From assembly GCF_006345805.1 (NCBI RefSeq), contig NW_021828331.1, forward strand, positions 1-8,886: a DNA stretch of 8,886 nucleotides, given 5' to 3'. The notes beneath the pieces were generated by a model. It was not told where the DNA came from, searched no databases, and saw nothing but the letters and a program-made list of their open reading frames with translations. The stretch is from Octopus sinensis (taxonomy: Eukaryota). Position numbers and translations under genes: made by a program. This document shows positions 7,860 through 8,886 of this stretch, one piece after another (position 1 is the first letter of the stretch; the number at the start of each line of letters is the position of its first letter).

Positions 7860-8024
7860 CGCTCTATCGTCAGCTGTTCAAACGGTGTTCCTTATACCTC
7901 ATTTTACTGTTTTTGAAAACAATACTGAATATATACTTTTTATACATAATCTTTACTTGGACTGTACCGACGGATTTGGTTGTTTGACATCCGTTTGAAG
8001 GATTTCGGTCCTCACCTCTTTTAT

Positions 8025-8089
8025 ACACACACAGACACACACACACACCCACAACACACACACACACACACACACACACACCACATATA

Positions 8090-8135
<46 letters not shown>
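8025..8135. repeat. Compound microsatellite (CA)n then (TA)n/(TATG)n
   Basis: Seen directly. Confidence 0.97.
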
Positions 8136-8136
<1 letters not shown>

Positions 8137-8217
8137 AAGGGTGAAAAGGAACACACGAGTTGATATATATGAAAAAACAAGTCAAATAGAAAATGCTAAA
8201 ATAATTTTATAAAGAAC

Positions 8218-8263
8218 ATTTCAGTACCGGTTTCGGTCATTTTGAGACCTTTTCAACTGTAAC
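8218..8263 (-). ncRNA. Minimal type I hammerhead ribozyme (HHR-1)
   Basis: Minus strand: GUUaCAG-UUGAAAA-GGUC ucaaaau GACC-GAA-AC cg GU-A|CUGaAAU. U3-A8 compensatory core, canonical G10.1-C11.1, perfect palindromic stem III ACCGGU, GUA cleavage triplet at 8225, stem I CAG/CUG extended past one mismatch. Confidence 0.78.
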
Positions 8264-8543
8264 GATTAAATAATTAAATTTAGAAAAATTAAAAGAAAAG
8301 TTTTTTTAAAGGAATATTTGTATTGTGTTCAGATATAAGTGGCATTCTGCCTTTCTCTGTCTCCCTTGTTTGCACTTGTGTGTTCGAGGCTGTTGTGAAT
8401 TCTTGGTAGGGTAGAAGAAGAAGGTTGATGAGGAGAGGGGGTGGAAAAATTTGGGAGTGCCTTGATGGTCGTATTTTGAATGGTCAGTGACGGCTAGCAG
8501 TTGCAGTTCAATTCAGGAGAATATTTCTATTGAAAGGTTTGTT

Positions 8544-8592
8544 TATATATAATATATATATATTATATATATCTATATATATATATATATAT
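8544..8592. repeat. (TA)n microsatellite
   Basis: Seen directly. Confidence 0.97.
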
Positions 8593-8674
8593 AACAAAGT
8601 GAAGTTGTAAGGTACCGCACGAGTGGATATATATATGAAAGAAGGTTTGAAAATGCAATTTGGAAAGATGTTTA

Positions 8675-8722
8675 TTCACTTGACTGGTTTCACTTTTTTA
8701 GAAAAAGATTCTCAAAAGTAAA
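8675..8722 (-). ncRNA. Minimal type I hammerhead ribozyme (HHR-2)
   Basis: Minus strand: UUUACUU-UUGAGAA-u CUUUUU cua AAAAAG u-GAA-AC ca GU-C|AAGUGAA. U3-A8 core, 7-bp stem I (one G-U), GUC site at 8682. Stem II has a U-U mismatch at its base and stem III is one transition from ACCGGU. Confidence 0.62.
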
Positions 8723-8886
8723 ATGTAAAAGCTTTATTTTTTATTGACTGTTGTTTAATATTTCTCAAGATTTTTTAGTAAAACTGTTTTTAACATGTTA
8801 TTATTATTACAAAGAATGTATATATGTATTTAATACTTTTGTGACAACCAGTACTTAACACAACAAAGCTTTTACAAAGCTTTTAC

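Larger units (their letters stand above)
8136..8886 (-). mobile_element. Probable Penelope-like element (pseudo-LTR) or retrozyme remnants
   Basis: Two hammerhead folds, each followed on the minus strand by related sequence (CACGAGT.GATATATAT..GAAA...GAAAATGC at 8154-8196 and 8618-8656) and then a (TA)n array. AATAAA directly follows HHR-2. No intact RT or endonuclease ORF is visible. Confidence 0.5.

Noticed and set aside
7995-8025. Minus-strand GGU-GAGG-ACC-GAAA resembling the 3' half of HHR-1
   Set aside because: The upstream core is unrecognisable (UAAAAGA) and there is no stem I.
8865-8886. 11-bp tandem duplication AAAGCTTTTAC at the window end
   Set aside because: Too short and truncated by the edge; may be slippage or an assembly artefact.

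Overview
Eukaryotic, repeat-saturated, apparently non-coding DNA. The SINE families look like those I recall from Octopus genomes, so cephalopod origin is an inference and not a search result. No credible protein-coding gene was found: the supplied ORFs are mostly read-throughs of microsatellites and SINEs. The window holds three copies of a ~560-bp element embedded in (ATT)n arrays, about ten tRNA-derived SINE copies built from swappable modules, a hAT-type MITE nested in a SINE with an 8-bp TSD, a non-autonomous Helitron (A|TC...hairpin...CTAG|T), a 145-bp tandem duplication, and a trimeric SINE bounded by one 15-bp TSD. The most interesting signal is three minimal type I hammerhead ribozyme folds in tandem on the minus strand (7816-7859, 8218-8263, 8675-8722). 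All three carry the variant core UUGANAA (U3-A8 instead of C3-G8), have different but self-complementary stems, and have predicted cleavage sites 402 and 457 nt apart. This suggests a Penelope-like element or retrozyme-type array that could release monomeric or circular RNAs.
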